Source: Octopus sinensis
Taxonomy: Eukaryota
Length of the DNA: 64,000 nucleotides
NCBI RefSeq assembly: GCF_006345805.1
Contig: NC_043000.1
Span: 140,058,001-140,122,000, forward strand
Direction: 5' to 3'
Under the pieces are notes generated by a model. It was not told where the DNA came from. It worked only from the letters and a program-made list of their open reading frames with translations, and did no database searches. This document shows positions 1 through 13,866 of the stretch, piece after piece. The translations under genes were made by a program, and so were the position numbers. The number at the start of each line of letters is the position of its first letter. The first letter of the stretch is position 1.

Positions 1-1068
1 TATGTATATGCCCAAATGCATATTTATATGTTTATAATATAGCAAAGCATTTGAACGTGAATATGTGTGTGCGAGTGTCTGTGTGACGTATGTGATGTCA
101 GTGCCTGCGTGCGCGTATGTGTGTCTTTGTGTGCGCGCGCGATTGAGCGTACGTGTGTGTGTGCGCGCGTATGTGCGTGTGTTTAGCAGAAGCATTATTA
201 GTTAGACACATATATAAGTATGTATATGTGTGAGAGCAGAAGTAAGCAGTTGAAGAATGAGATAAAGAAATCAAATCAGTTTTATCTGTATCACGCAACA
301 CACAGATTGCTTTGTCTTCTCTTGATAGTCCTAGAATTTGGATTGTGAAATTGATGAAGTTAATAGCAGAGCTTAATGTAGATTCCTCATGGAAAATACT
401 GATCTTCTTGAAATTAGGTACGCTTTACACACGCCATACCTAATGTGTTGAACAAAATACAGATCGTATCTCTCTTTTTCTAAATACACACACACAAATT
501 ACTATGCATGCTTATCTATGTGTATAATCGCACACACACAGACACACGCACATACACACGTTTATATATATATACACACACACATTTATATAAATGGAGA
601 GAGAGGGAGGGAGAGAGAGAGGGGGGAATGATAAAGCTACATATAATGTATATAGCATGTGTGTGTTCGTTTAGGTTTCTGTGTGTCAAACGAATTAAAT
701 TTCTAACATAAATAACGGTGGATTGCTAAAATGTTTATTTTCTATGAAAGCAGAGAAAATTTGAGTGTTTATATATATGCCTGTGTATATAAAGAAGTAT
801 CTTTGCAAATTTGTCTCCTGTACCATATCCTTGTACTGCTTTACTTCTGACCTTGTAGCAGCGCAGCCTCGCCTTCCCTTCATCATTCCCTAACCTATGA
901 TCGTAACAATAACACAATGTGTGGCTGCTTGATATATTGTACGTTCCTGTTTCGCCTCAGCCTGTCAACTTAGTGTCTGCTATTGTGGTTGCTTGAAGTA
1001 TATATATGGAGTATCTTGGGGAACTTTAAATCTGTCGGAGCCGACTTTTCTCCGGGTTTGGAGTTTTG

Positions 1069-1071
<3 letters not shown>

Positions 1072-1102
<31 letters not shown>
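1072..1102. repeat. (GA)n microsatellite
   Basis: Direct reading; a longer (CT)n tract follows at about 1514-1598. Confidence 0.95.
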
Positions 1103-1106
<4 letters not shown>

Positions 1107-1511
1107 AAAGTGTGGTGGGGTGAGAGACTGTCAGACTGACAAACAGACAGAGATACAAAGACAATGAATGAAAAAGTCTAAAAGAGAAAAAACTGAAGCA
1201 GTATTTTACTGGTGCGCTCTGGATCCTGAAAGAATTGTAGGCAAAAATTATCCTTAGCTGGATTTGGAGTGCAAAGAGCCGAAACGAATACTGTAAAACA
1301 ATGTAAGATGCTCTGAAGAGTCTATTAATTTTCTGCCTTTATAGACACATACACACCTAGAGAGGGAGAGGGGAGAGAAAACAGGAAAGTGGAAGACATT
1401 ATAAGGATCCCTATGCAACACAAAATCAGCAGGTCATCGGATAGTGCTCGGAACTCATATTTCTTATATTTTTGTTCATAGCTTTCCGCGACACAACGAC
1501 TACAGGCTTTG

Positions 1512-1581
<70 letters not shown>

Positions 1582-1779
1582 CTCTCTCTCTCTCTCTCTA
1601 GCTCTGTCTTTCTCTATGAATTAGATTTTAAATGTTTTATTGTCATACGCTATTTCTTCTTCCACAATAAATATTACATTTATCTCAGATATAAATCATA
1701 GCTCACTTAGGCTCCAGCAGATAAACAACGTCAAACATAATCAAGTATCCCATTTCGATTTAATGTCCATGATAAAAAA

Positions 1780-1902
1780 ATTAAATCCAAGAATATCAAA
1801 AATTATAAATTATCGACTGAGACGTAAGTATAAATGATGTAAGATCATTTATACTTACGTCTCAGTCGATAATTTATAATTTTTGATATTCTTGGATTTA
1901 AT
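1780..1902. repeat. Perfect inverted repeat, 59-bp arms with 5-nt loop
   Basis: 1780-1838 is the exact reverse complement of 1844-1902; loop GTAAG. Confidence 0.95.
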
Positions 1903-2859
1903 GTAAGATATAGAGAAATTTAAAAGGAATGCCTGTAGGCATAACAACGATAATGGATTATATATAAAATTTAGCTTTTATTTACTTCATAGCAGAAAAC
2001 ATGGATCTTTTATTTGGTTACTGAAATAATGCATTGATAATTGCATGCTATATGGTTTGTGAATATAACTTCGAACATAATTCAGCATGGAGTATTGTCT
2101 CTATTTACAAGATGGGGTGAAAGCCTATTTTACCTAAGTCTATATGTTAGAATGCACGTAGTTATTTATCTATTTCATAATTAGCACTTGGCAATATTTT
2201 GCCACATTTCAATTTGCAGTTTATGCTACGGGAAGCAACTTATCTTTGCATTTGGTACTTCCACATAAAGACATTAATGAACGCTTCTTCTTTTATTTTT
2301 TAACGTACTATTGATGCAAGTATTAGGTTACGAGTGTCTTAAGATCCTCATCGAAGAAGTACTGCAGATAACGGCTACAAGATTGAGACTAGCGTGTGTA
2401 TCCTTAAATAACCAAAATTTAGTGCAAAGTTTGTGAGATTAAGCACAAGGTTCAGAAGAGTTAACAGCTCGGAATAGGCCAAAAATTGCACAAAAGTTCC
2501 CTGCTGATCGAGGTGATTAGATATTAACTCAGCAATTGGTAATCATAAATCGGCTGAAGAAAGACTACTGCTTACCAAGCATTGGTGAAACACATCTTAA
2601 TATTGACTTGGAAAGAATCGAATTGTGAGCCAAATAGCCAAGAGAACTGTATTGGTGAAAACTACTGGATATGATAAAATCAAGTTTTCTTTAGTCTTTT
2701 TACCTGCAATTAAATAAATCCGGTTCTTAATATTAGGAGTAAAAAAATACCAAAAAAGAGTTCGGAAAGGAATTGTTGCATATATTGAATGAATGAAGAA
2801 TGATTTAAAAATGAATAATCAAATTTGCGAATTTAAAACTCAATGGAAGAAAAGCGTGT

Positions 2860-3720
2860 TCATCTGGAATGAGTTTTAGTTCACATGTAAGGAAGAGTAA
2901 TATTCCTAATATCCGATCACTGAGTGTTAATTCCTGACAGATTAATAAATGTTTTGTTGTCATTAGATGTTCGCATTAATATGCCATTTAAGAACATAAG
3001 AAGTAGTTGATACTACGCACAAAGTGGATTAAGCAATTGCTTAGGGAGCTAAGATCTGGAGGCACCACACAAATCTAGACAAAATTCATTAATCCAACAA
3101 AAGTCCCGAAACCGTATTAGAAAGGAGAATAGCCAAGATCAATACTGGAAGAAGGATGGGTTGTAGGGGATACAAGAGAGTCATGCTATGCTCTAACCTT
3201 TCACATGATTTGGTATAAAACATTATAAACGTTTTGTCAGGAAAGACATTTACTTGGTAGTATGTATTATCAGAAAAACTATATATATTTCTATTTTCTA
3301 GTCAGAATATATCAGTGTAAAATAGATTTCTTGTTCGAAAGTTAATTATCACTTTTCGATTGCATATTTCTGCTGGCGTAAAGATAGTGATAACTGGAAA
3401 GAAAAAAAAAGCTGCGTGTATATTGTATGGCTGGAAGAAGGTTGCTTAACTGGAGAATGAGGTGGAATAAGTGGATGCGTGATGGAGAAAACTCCTACAT
3501 GAAAGAAGGCAATATGCGGGCTCCATCACTACCGCTGATCTTTGAACGGATCTTTAATTCATGGAAGGAAATAAATCATTCAAGAAATGATGAATTTCAA
3601 TTACATCGGATCGTACAGAAGTCGAATATCTGAGGAATGAAGAAAAGGCAGTAAATGATGTTCAGCTTATAATTAAGGGCAGCGATGACGAAGAGGATAC
3701 ATACAATTATATCGTTCATC
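2860..3720 (+). mobile_element. Decayed pogo/Tigger-family DDE transposase fragments
   Basis: About 2925-2995 reads VLIPDRLINVLLSLDVRINMPFKN (pogo IPGGLT..LQPLDV.IN.PFK). 3460-3580 reads WNKWMRDGENSYMKEGNMRAPSLPLIFERIFNSWKEI (pogo C-terminal motif). Stops and frameshifts; no TIRs found. Confidence 0.6.
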
Positions 3721-3937
3721 CTTAAAATTATAATGGTTTATTCAGTTCTGAAGATGAACAGTGTGATTTTACTGTATTTTAATGAAGTATTTGATTTGAA
3801 ATATATAAAATTTACCATTTGGTTATAATTTAAAGCCACATTTAATTTCCTTGTTAGTTTTGTATGTATAAATAAATCTTATAAAATCTTTTCCCTTGAT
3901 CTTACTTATTATTTTCGTTTCAATATTTATAACCTTA

Positions 3938-4336
3938 GGCGGCGAGCTGGCAGAAACGTTAGCACGCCGGGGGAGATGCTTAACGGTATTTCGTCTGCCA
4001 TTACATTCTAAGTTCAAATTCCGCCAAGGTCTACTTTCCCTTTCATCCTTTCGAGGTCGATTAAATAAGTACCAGTTACACACTGGGGTCGATATCATCG
4101 ACTTAATCCGTTTGTCTGTCCATGTTTATCCTCTCTGTGTTTAGCCCCTTGTGGTTAGTAAAGAAATAGGTATTTTGTCTGTCTTTACATTCTGAGTTCA
4201 AATTTCGCCAGGTCGACTTTGCCTTTCATCTCTTCGGAGTCGTCGATAAATTAAGTACCAGTTGCATACTGGGGTCGATCTAATCGACTAGCACCCTCCC
4301 TCAAAATTTTGAGCTTGTTCCTAGAGTAGAAAGAAT
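3938..4336 (+). mobile_element. tRNA-derived SINE family A, dimer with alternative second tail
   Basis: Head GGCGGCGAGCTGGCAGAAACGTTAGC, B-box-like GAGTTCAAATTCC and Nin/Deu-like core CCTTTCATCCTTTCG..GTCGAT. Second unit from about 4167. TSD TTATAACCTTA at 3927-3937 and 4339-4349. Confidence 0.85.
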
Positions 4337-5044
4337 AATTATAACCTTAAATTGCAATGAATAACCTAATTGTAATTAAATATGCAGCACTAACAAAAAA
4401 AAATACTTAGGTGAAAACAACTTTGATGAAGGGAGTCGATATGGTATCAAGTCAGACAGAAAGTGTAGGTATTCATAAGAGCTACATGGTCGTATTTTCT
4501 GAGTAGTGTATATTTTGATGTGTATTTTGGATTAATTATTGAAATTATTGTTATTATTACAGTAAATAATTGTTATTTTGTTACGGTAAATAACTGCTAT
4601 TTTCATTTATTCATTTACAGTTTCGTTTGGAGTTCGGTTACTTATAAAACCTAGCTTTGGAATGAACCTTAAATTTCAGCCTTTCTTGGGTAAGTGTCAA
4701 ACCTTGAAATTTAAAGAATTAAAAAGCTGGTCATATTTGTTAGGAGAGTGCAATTTACGAAGAGACAAAACGAATAATTTTGCATCTACTTCTTTTAAAA
4801 ATTCACTAGTTATTTTTAATTTTCTAAAAACTCTGTGGATTTCACAGTTCGTGCGCCAAGTCTCATGTGCGTGGATGCACTCGGTACTTTTGGTTTCGAT
4901 TTTAAGTCTTCATTGAGATAAAGGAAAAGAGCTGGTAGAAACAGAGTTTGAGTGACATCTTTTTTTATTTTTAGTTCTTTAGCTTAATTTAGTCATCATG
5001 GTTAAGGCCATATTAGAGAACTTTGTATATATCTATCACATTTA

Positions 5045-6314
5045 TATTGGGTTAGCAACTAGGTTCACGCCCTTTTTTTTACTTTGGAATCTATTGTTTT
5101 TGTCGAGAATTCTATTTTTGAATCATTTTGGAATCTATTTTGTTTTTTGTTTTTTTCTATTTTATTTTAGTTAATTTTTGTTTATTTTCAGATCATTAAA
5201 ATGGAACGTCAAGTTAAGAAAAACGAGCATTTTCGACACCTCCTTTTTGCTTTTAATCAAGGTTCTAAGGCTGCAAAAGCTGCTCGCGACATTTGTGCTG
5301 TGTATGGAGAGGGTGCCATAACTTAAAAAACCGCTTGTCATTGATATGCCAAGTTCAAAAATGGAAATTTTCACCTCAAAGACGCACTTCGTTCTAGCCG
5401 TCCAGTTGAGTTCGATGAAGAGCGATTAAACCAAATTTTGCACAACAATTCTAGGCAAACAACAAGGGAACTGGCAAAGAAAATAGAATGCTCCCACACT
5501 GCTATAGAGAAGCATCTTCACTCGATGGGAAAGGTTCAGAAGTATAGAGTATGGGTTCCGCATGCTTTAAGTGACAACAACAAAAATCAATGAGCCACAA
5601 TCTCCGCTGGTTTGCTTGCTCGTCACCGCTCAACTCATGGACACAAGCAACAATTTCTTTACTGAATCGTTACTGGCGACGAAAAATGGTGCCTGTACAT
5701 CAATATAAAGCAGCGTAAGGAATGGCTTCGCCCTGATAAACAAGTAACATCGCGCGTGAAACAAGATCTTCATCAGTGTAAAACGATGTTGTGCGTATAG
5801 TGGGACTGGGAAGGGATTATCCATTACGAATTGCTGAACGGAACCAAACGCTCAACTCTATGTTCAACAGGTGGAACGACTCAACACGGGTATTCAAGAG
5901 AAAAGACCTAATCGGTAGCATGGAGTTCTTCTGCTGCACGACAACGCCCTCCCTCATATCGCCAATGTGACCAAGGAAGCCATTCAAACGCATGGGTGGG
6001 AAGTGCTGCCACACCCACCGCACTTTACAGATTTGGCACCAACGAATTTCTACCTCTTTCGGTCTCTTTCAAATGCTGTGCGCGGAGTTTCGTTCAATTC
6101 TGATGCAGAATTGAGAACTTGGTTGGATGAGGTTTTTTAGTCGAAATCGGGTGATTTCTACCAACGAGGTACTGAAAATCCTGTTGAACGTTGGGAAGAA
6201 GTTGTAAACAACAAGGGTGAATACATTATTGATTAATTAGTTGTTATTTTTTATTAAACCTTTTACAAAATTTAAATTTTAAAAAACGGCGCGAACTTAG
6301 TTGCCAACCTAATA
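5045..6314 (+). mobile_element. Full-length inactive mariner (DD34D-type) transposon
   Basis: Imperfect TIRs (TTGGGTTAGCAACTAGGTTCACGCC / GGCGCGAACTTAGTTGCCAACCTAA) flanked by TA. Disrupted ORF about 5201-6236 with WVPHAL, VTGDEKW, LLLHDNA and HPPHFTDLAPTNF motifs. Confidence 0.92.
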
Positions 6315-7619
6315 GTTTCCTATTGTTGTTTAAACTTAGTTTAAATTTGATTAAACAAACATATTAATAAAATGCATTCCAGCAGTTATGCTCTCGCCTG
6401 TTTTGTTCTTCAGATAAATTTTCTAACATAACATTATCAATTACGTCACATTTTAAAAGGCTTGCGGTCGTGAGTTTGAAGAGATTTGGATGCTCTTCGT
6501 GGCTGGTTCAACAATAACAAAAACAATTTCTCATAGCGCCAGCCCTTTCGTTTTGTTTTCATGTCTTCAATTGACGATCCTTTAGTTATAGTTGAAAATT
6601 TTCTAGTCAACTTCATAGAAAAAAGAATATTAGTGTTATTACATTTAAACACGTGTGACTGTAATCGCACACCAATAGTAATTTTTTATTTAACCATATT
6701 TCAAAAGCTACATTAGGCCTGATATTGATCAAGGTTCATTCTAGTGCTGTTAGCGTTCATTTTCAGAAGTTGAAACAAATTAGGAAACGGTTAATCCTTT
6801 ATAACATAACTGATGAATGATTCATTTATTTTTATAAAATGTAAGTCACTACACATAACATTGTGGTCGTTTAAATTCACTCGTACGTTATTTTATGAGA
6901 GTTATGATTAAATATCTTATGCTGTGAAAGGTAAATTTTTACGCTTTTAGTGCTTATGCAATATATTAATGTAAAAAAAAATAAACCCATTTAAATAAAA
7001 GACTTATTTGCAAAATTTCTTCGAAGCTTCAATCAAAGTAATTTTATGCTTTCAAAATCTCGGGTGACACAGGGTATTTATATTTCGCTTTAAATTGCTC
7101 TTTCACTGATAGAAAACCTATTTGAAAGTATCTCTATTACTGTATTAAGTTATCTTCTTAAATTGTTTGTACTTTTTTTTAGTTCAGGAAGCTATATAGC
7201 ATACATGCACACCGGCTCAGAACAGTTTAAAGTAATGCAAATCTGAGGTTGGAATGCAGATATTCTCAAATGGTTTAGATATCACTGCACAGTATTCTAT
7301 ATTGCTGAATACATTTTTAAAAGATTTTTTTTTTCTGTTTGATAATCTGCAACTATACTGGCTTCTTCAACTACCACTCGGGAATAACTTGGTCAATTTT
7401 ACCTAATAAAGTAAATAAGCATGAAATGAGAAATGATGAAGATGTTCGTTTTGTTCATAAGGACATTTCGTACCTCATAGTACATAAAATGGTCACACCG
7501 GCCTCGCAAAATAGTTAGCACCTGTCTAGATTTATGATACAACACACTATTTGCAAGCAAAACTGTACGGTACAACTTAAAGCGGAGGTGAGCTATCTCA
7601 AGCTCCCAAGGATTGATTC

Positions 7620-7880
7620 CGGCGGAAAAGGGCAGTGCCTGGTGAGCAGGCGGGACAAAGCTTCATCCAGACTGCACGTCTCAATTGCCATGGATAAGAC
7701 AGCCTGGAGGTCTGCTATCCGCAATGGAGCCAGCAGAATGAGGTGGCAAAACGCAGGAGAAAAAAGGAGCGTCTTCAACATCCTCGACCTGCACCGACCG
7801 TCCCGTGCGAGTTCTGCCCACGACCCTTGCAAAGAATTCAAATTTGATGGCAAGGAATCCAAATTAGATCGAAAACATCT
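7620..7880 (+). mobile_element. RTE-clade LINE 3' fragment
   Basis: MDKTAWRSAIRNGA followed by a frameshifted PCEFCPRPCK zinc-finger-like C-terminus, typical of RTE ORF ends. Confidence 0.55.
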
Positions 7881-7890
7881 ATATAATATA

Positions 7891-8292
7891 GGCGCAGGAG
7901 TGGCTGTGTGGTAAGTAGCTTGCTAAACAACCACATGGTTCCGAGTTCAGTCCCACTGCGTGGTATCTTGGGCAAGTGTCTTCTGCTATAGCCTCGGGCC
8001 GACCAATGTCTTGTAGACGGAAACTGAAAGAAGCCTGTCGTATATATGTAGATATATATATGTATGTGTGTGTGTTTGTGTGTCTGTGTTTGTCCCCCTA
8101 GCATTGCTTGACAACCGATGCTGGTGTGTTTACGTCCCCGTCACTTAGCGGTTCGGCAAAAGAGACTGATAGAATAAGTACTGGGCTTACAAAGAATAAG
8201 TCCCGGGGTCGATTTGCTCGACTAAAAAAGGTGGTGCTCCAGCATGGCCGCAGTCAAATGACTGAAACAAGTAAAAGAGTAAGAGTAAGAGT
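7891..8292 (+). mobile_element. tRNA-derived SINE family B (CORE-like), full length
   Basis: Head GGCGCAGGAGTGGCTGTGTGGTAAG, B box GTTCAGTCCC, CORE-like CTTGGGCAAGTGTC, internal TA/GT microsatellite and (GTAAAAGA)-type tail. Near-identical to many other copies in the window. Confidence 0.9.
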
Positions 8293-9331
8293 ATAATATA
8301 TATATGTGTGTGCGTGTGTGCGTGTATATAGATAGATAGGTAGATTCATGCATACATACATACATACATACATACATACATACATACATACATACATACA
8401 TACAGTGACGTGGGTAGACACATATATAAACTTACATATTACAGCCATGAATTATGGTTATACTGAGGTTCTACTGCTAGCGTGATTCTTAGATTATGTC
8501 ATTTCATTTCCACGGCCCTTACTCTGTGTTTCGTTTTGGCGAACGAGGGAGATGCACAACGTCTCCCTTATTTGCGATTCTTACCGTGATGTAGGTTCAT
8601 ATGGTATTTCGTAGAGAAATTTGTCTATATCCAATAATATTCCGATTTACATTACTGTAAACAATATTTTAACTGCATATGAAATAAAATACCGTTCAAT
8701 ATGACTGCTTTATATTTCCCGTAAGAATTTACTGGGTGTTTAATAGTCATTTTTCATTTTTGTTTGCCTACCTCAATTGCATCCATACATACTCTCGCTG
8801 ATATCTAAAAGAAATAACAAATTACATATTTCTCACTAACTCTCTGTGTATGTACATATTTCCATATACATACGTATATGCACACAGATACTTACACAAA
8901 TATATATTGGTGTGGTGTTACTGTAAATATACATACGTACATATGAATATCTGTAAGTGTAAATCAATTATTGTAATCTGTTTAATATTTCCTTTAACAC
9001 AAATTTCATCAGTCAACAGTCAGTAAAATATATTTACATACTCTTGACAGAAGCTCGACCTAATATTCATCACAGAAAGTCTAAGCGTTTCCTTTTGTTT
9101 TATATCGATTAATCATATCACCAATTTTACATACGTAAATAAAAACTTGAGTATAATTCAACCCAAACCAGGCCTTCACCCCCAACCACAAACATAAATA
9201 TGTCTATGTGTATAGATGAAAATTTAAACGTCTTGATATATAATACATACATATTTATATCTATCTATCTATCTATCTATCACATATATGTATGTGTGTG
9301 TCAGTATACATATGTATGTGTGTGCTTATAT

Positions 9332-9371
<40 letters not shown>

Positions 9372-9375
<4 letters not shown>

Positions 9376-9784
9376 CTTTACTATCCACAAGGGGATAAAC
9401 ATAGAGGGGACAAACAAGGACAGACAAACGGATTAAGTCGATTACATCGACCCCAGTGCGAAATTGGTACTTTATTTATCGACCCCGAAAGGATGAAAGG
9501 CAAAGTCTACCTCGGCGGAATTTGAACTCAGAACGTAACGTTAGACGAACTACCTATTTCTTTATTACCCACAAGGGGCTAAACACAGAAGGAACAAACA
9601 AAGACAGACATAGGTACTAAGTCGATTACATCGATCCCAGTTCGTAACTGGTACTTAATTTATCGACCCCGAAAGGATGAAAGGCAAAGTCGACCTCGGC
9701 GGAATTTGAACTCACAACGTAACGCAGACGAACTACCGCTAAGCATTTCGCCCGGAGCGCTAACGTTTCTGCCAGCTCGCCGCC
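9372..9784 (-). mobile_element. SINE family A, head-to-tail dimer
   Basis: Reverse complement of family A; two bodies joined at about 9555. Confidence 0.88.
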
Positions 9785-9806
9785 TAAGGTTCTGTGTTAA
9801 CAATAA

Positions 9807-9845
9807 CTGTCCGACGAACGAGGAACGGGAAACTCTGAGTAACAG
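9807..9845 (+). ncRNA. Degenerate minimal type I hammerhead ribozyme motif (probable PLE terminal-repeat relic)
   Basis: Stem I CTGT/ACAG; core CCGACGA (U4C relative to CUGANGA); GAA; palindromic stem III ACTC-T-GAGT; cleavage triplet GUA. Stem II is weak. Confidence 0.55.
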
Positions 9846-9949
9846 CTTTTGTTATATTTCTGCTGCTTTTAAATAAAGCATATTACTCAACCTCTGGTAT
9901 TTGAGTACTCTTTTTTCCACCTTGTTTCATATTTATGTCCTAACTCCGG

Positions 9950-9995
<46 letters not shown>

Positions 9996-11057
9996 ATATT
10001 GATCATACACACACACACACACACACACACACGCATATCACCTCAGTTTTATTGCACGTGTATTCATCTCTACTTCAATCAATAAGCTCCATGCAAAAAT
10101 GTGAGGTACATCGTAAACTTTGCATAAAGAAATAAATTATAAAAAAATATAGACACTGAAAAGATAGTAAGGTTAGTGTGCCAAAACAGCTGGTGTAACA
10201 TGTTATCGTATTTAACTTATGCAACATGTTACATGGCTTCCAACGGGTTTATCACAACATATAACAACAGCTTAAAAAGTGAAGAGGTAAAGATTAGAAC
10301 TTACAGGTGTTTCAAACTGTACACCTTCATTTTCTTTCAGTTTTAGGTTTTAACCTATGATGTACAGCCTTAACCTGCTTTATATGATTACTACGGAGTT
10401 ACATCATGATTAATCCGGGAATATATAGCATAGCATACACTAAGAACCGTTATCAACATTCCTGAACCTACCTTTTGTTGATCTCGCGTGATTTAAACTC
10501 TTTAAATCATTCTTTTCCCCATATGAGTTGTACACACACACACACACACACACATACACACACACACACACACCACACACACACACATATATATATATAT
10601 ATGTATGTATATTAGATGCAAATATATATATATATAATATATATATATATATTATATATATATATATATTACATTATTGTATGACTGAGCTCCCTCGCGT
10701 CGATTCGATTCGTTTCGTTTCGTTTCGTTTCATCTCCTCCAAGTAAGTTTATATATATATATATATACATAGGTCAGAATCTGATCAGATATCAGTTTCT
10801 TGCCTGTCAATTCTTCGTTTCTGTTATACATGTACCAGCTCGATTAAAACATTATGGCTAAAAGCCAATCTCCATTTAGCAGCTATATCTTTGCATTTTA
10901 AGTTGCAGTTGAAGTAGAAGGCAAGAAGACAATTTCAGCCCCAGTTGTTTGTATCTCTTATATTACATCATCAAATATATTGCTTGTAACATAGACACAC
11001 ACGAATGTGTGTGTGTGTGTCGCATCGAATAGGCAGAATTGGCGGGAGCGTTTAAAT

Positions 11058-12580
11058 CAGTGCTTCCCAGCCTTTTATCGGTTCATCACTTTTTAATAAC
11101 AAATTTTCAGGTGCCCTACATTTTAATAACAAAAATCTGGGCCCCATCAACATTTTATTTTTAATGTAGAAACACAATGTTTAGTTCAATTAGTTGGCTA
11201 ACGGATAACTCGACTCCTTTAGTGAGAACCCTGTGCCTAATGCATACGGCACAGATCCTTGATTTGCGGAGACAATTTCGTTGCTTTCAGTCGTAAATCG
11301 CCACGTTTTGTAATTTCAAGCCGGTTTCTCTTGTCTCAAATTGTCAACTGCACTGAATCCACATTCGACCAACAAGACGAAAGAAAATGAATCGATAGTT
11401 CTCTTGCTGATGTAGAGATGTTGGAGTATGTTCTTTCAACCTCATCACATAGCCACGTAGTTGTACCTTTCAATTTAATCAATGTCTTCACTGATTCATC
11501 ATGTTGCAATTCTGATAAATCTTCTTGGTATTGAACTGCAGCATCAGAAACGTCAATCAACAGTGGTTGAGTTCGCCAAGTGGGAAAATTCATTGCCTCC
11601 ATATTACGAAATCTGTTGTTGAGGTCCTTTACTAAGATATTCAAACGGTCAATAATTACGGTGGCAGCATCATTCGTTATCTTGCATTTATTCAACCAGT
11701 TTCACTGACTGAAATTTCTTTTGAAAAAATTTTTTTTTTATATTTCGACGGCTGTAATGAATCCAAAAACCTTTCCTTTCGCATCAACACGCTTCCTATT
11801 TGCACCTTGGAGTTGTTTATTCAAGTTTCCAAGTTTCTCAAAGATGTCTGTCAAATAACTGATAAACGTTTTTTAATCCGTTGTGGACAGCATTTTCATT
11901 TCACATTTATCTATAAGAAAGTCATTAAGCTTATCAAATAATTCCATGAACCTTTTAAAGCTATTTCCACTTGATAGTCACCTTACTTCTGTATGAAGCA
12001 ATAATCGAACATGCTCGGCACTTTGATCTACACAAAACCGCTTTAAAAGACGTTCGGCTTTGGGATTTGCATTAATGCTATTGACACACTTAATCACAGC
12101 TCGCAGAATATCATTAAAATCAGGGGACAGTTTCTTGGCAACCAAGTTTTCTCGGTGTATGACGCAATGGACAATCAACATGTTTGGGTTTTCATCCTTC
12201 GTCATTTTTAAGCATCACGTTTTTTGCCCATCATATCAGGTGCACCGTCTGCCACGCATGGCAGTAAATTTTCTTTTGGTATTTTGTTTGCATCCAAATG
12301 TTTAAGTTTTGCTGTGGATATCCTTTGCAGTTGTAGTTGTTTCCAATGACTTACAAAACAACATCTCTTCCTGAGAAGCCTCGTGCTCAAAATATCTCAA
12401 ATAAATCAATAACAGGTCATCACTGTCCCGAAATGTGGATTCATCCATTTGAAATGAGAATTTTCGTGATTTTAATGTCTTAATAAGCTGGTTTTCAACA
12501 TCTTGCCCCATTTCATCAATTCTGTTGGAGACAATGTTATTACTGAGTGGCATGGCCCTGACATGTCTATAAGAGTAGAG
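11058..12580 (-). mobile_element. hAT (Buster/Charlie-like) transposase relic with one TIR
   Basis: Fragmented ORFs with PLSNNIVSNRIDEM, FSFQMDEST, CVADGAPDMMGKK, VHCVIHRENL and LLLHTEVR. Buster-like terminus CAGTGCTTCCCAGCC at 11058. Confidence 0.88.
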
Positions 12581-12674
12581 AATGAGAAGGGGTTGAAATC
12601 TGTTGTAGACACCAGACATGGCACACATATGTGAGTGAGTGAACGTAGGCTTGTATATCTATTATTTTTCTTTT

Positions 12675-13075
12675 ATTTTTAACATGTTTCAGTTATTAAA
12701 CTGCGGTCATTCTGTAGCATCGCCTAGAAGAATTATACTCGAACGAATCGAGACCACTACTTGACTTCTTGTTTTCAAGCCTGGTATTTATTCTACGTTT
12801 TTTTTTTGTTTTTTGCAGAACAAGTAAATTACGTACACAGAACCCCAGTTGGGAAAGGGTGGTTTGGGAAAAACAAGAATACAAACACACACACATAAGT
12901 ACGCAAGCACACACACACACACATACACACAAATGCACACATATTAAAATCGGCTTCTTGCAGGTTCTGTCCACCAAATCACTCACAAGGCTTTGGTTGG
13001 TCCGAGGCCGTAGTAAAAGACAAGTGCACCCTGTGGTTGGGAAGCAAACTTCTTACCACTCAGCCCAGAGCCACA
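12675..13075 (-). mobile_element. Old diverged SINE family B copy
   Basis: Degenerate matches to the family B tail, middle and head. Confidence 0.6.
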
Positions 13076-13140
13076 TCTGTCTATATATCTATCTACACAC
13101 ACACATACACACACACACGACTACATGTATATTAAATACC

Positions 13141-13371
13141 TATTTCTTTACTACCCACAAGGGGCTAAACACAGAGAGGACAAACAAGGACAGACAAACG
13201 GATTAAGTCGATTATACCGACCCCAGTGCGTAAATGGTACTTCTTTAATCGACCCCGAATGGATGAAAGACAAAGTCGACCTCGGCGGAATTTGAACTCA
13301 GAACGTAGCGGCAGACGAAATACCGCTAAGCATTTCGCCCGACGTACTAACGTTTCTGCCAGCTCACCGCC
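13141..13371 (-). mobile_element. SINE family A monomer
   Basis: Family A sequence; TSD GTATATTAAATACC at 13127-13140 and 13376-13389. Confidence 0.9.
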
Positions 13372-13866
13372 TTAGGTATATTAAATACCATACAACATAC
13401 GACGTGTTCGCTACTCACCGTTTCTTCTCTGCTGCATATTTTCTGCTCCTCCATTCAATGCCCAGCCGATTTAGTCATCTATCATCGACCAATTTTAAGT
13501 ATCTCATTTCCGTTCATAACCCGCTCTAACGATTTTACCCACCCTCTCTTTTCGAGAACGCCACAACGTCAGCATTCTGAAATACTCTCCCTGTTCACGT
13601 CTTATCTGTTGGCGTTACTTTTTAAATGTTCAAGAGGAGTGTCATCCTAGGGATTTCACTGTACTTGGAAATCATGTATAAATATTTATAAACGCTATAA
13701 AGGAAGCGCACAATACGTAAAGGCAAGCATGGTAACCACCATACTTTTCGCTCAGTCTTTGTGAATTAAACAAACAAAACAGATTAGATTTCTAAACAAC
13801 TCACACACATAGAAAACGTAGCATATTTTTTCACAGGAATATGTGGACCGTAGCAGATGTAGTAGT

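Noticed and set aside
695-917. Minus-strand ORFs (MMKGRRG.. and ..GNDEGKARLRC..) as a host first exon
   Set aside because: No recognisable homology and no clear splice donor.
2480-2640. Possible hAT dimerization-domain remnant (INRLKKDYCLPSIGETHL)
   Set aside because: Similarity is too short and lacks supporting motifs or termini.
7534-7914. 126-aa ORF as a host gene
   Set aside because: Explained by an RTE 3' fragment running into a SINE head.
8568-8592. 10-bp hairpin as a Helitron 3' end or terminator
   Set aside because: No CTRR terminus or Helitron sequence adjacent.
8978-9020. Minus-strand CTGATGA..GAAA hammerhead-like motif
   Set aside because: Stems II and III and the cleavage triplet cannot be formed properly; at best a heavily decayed relic.
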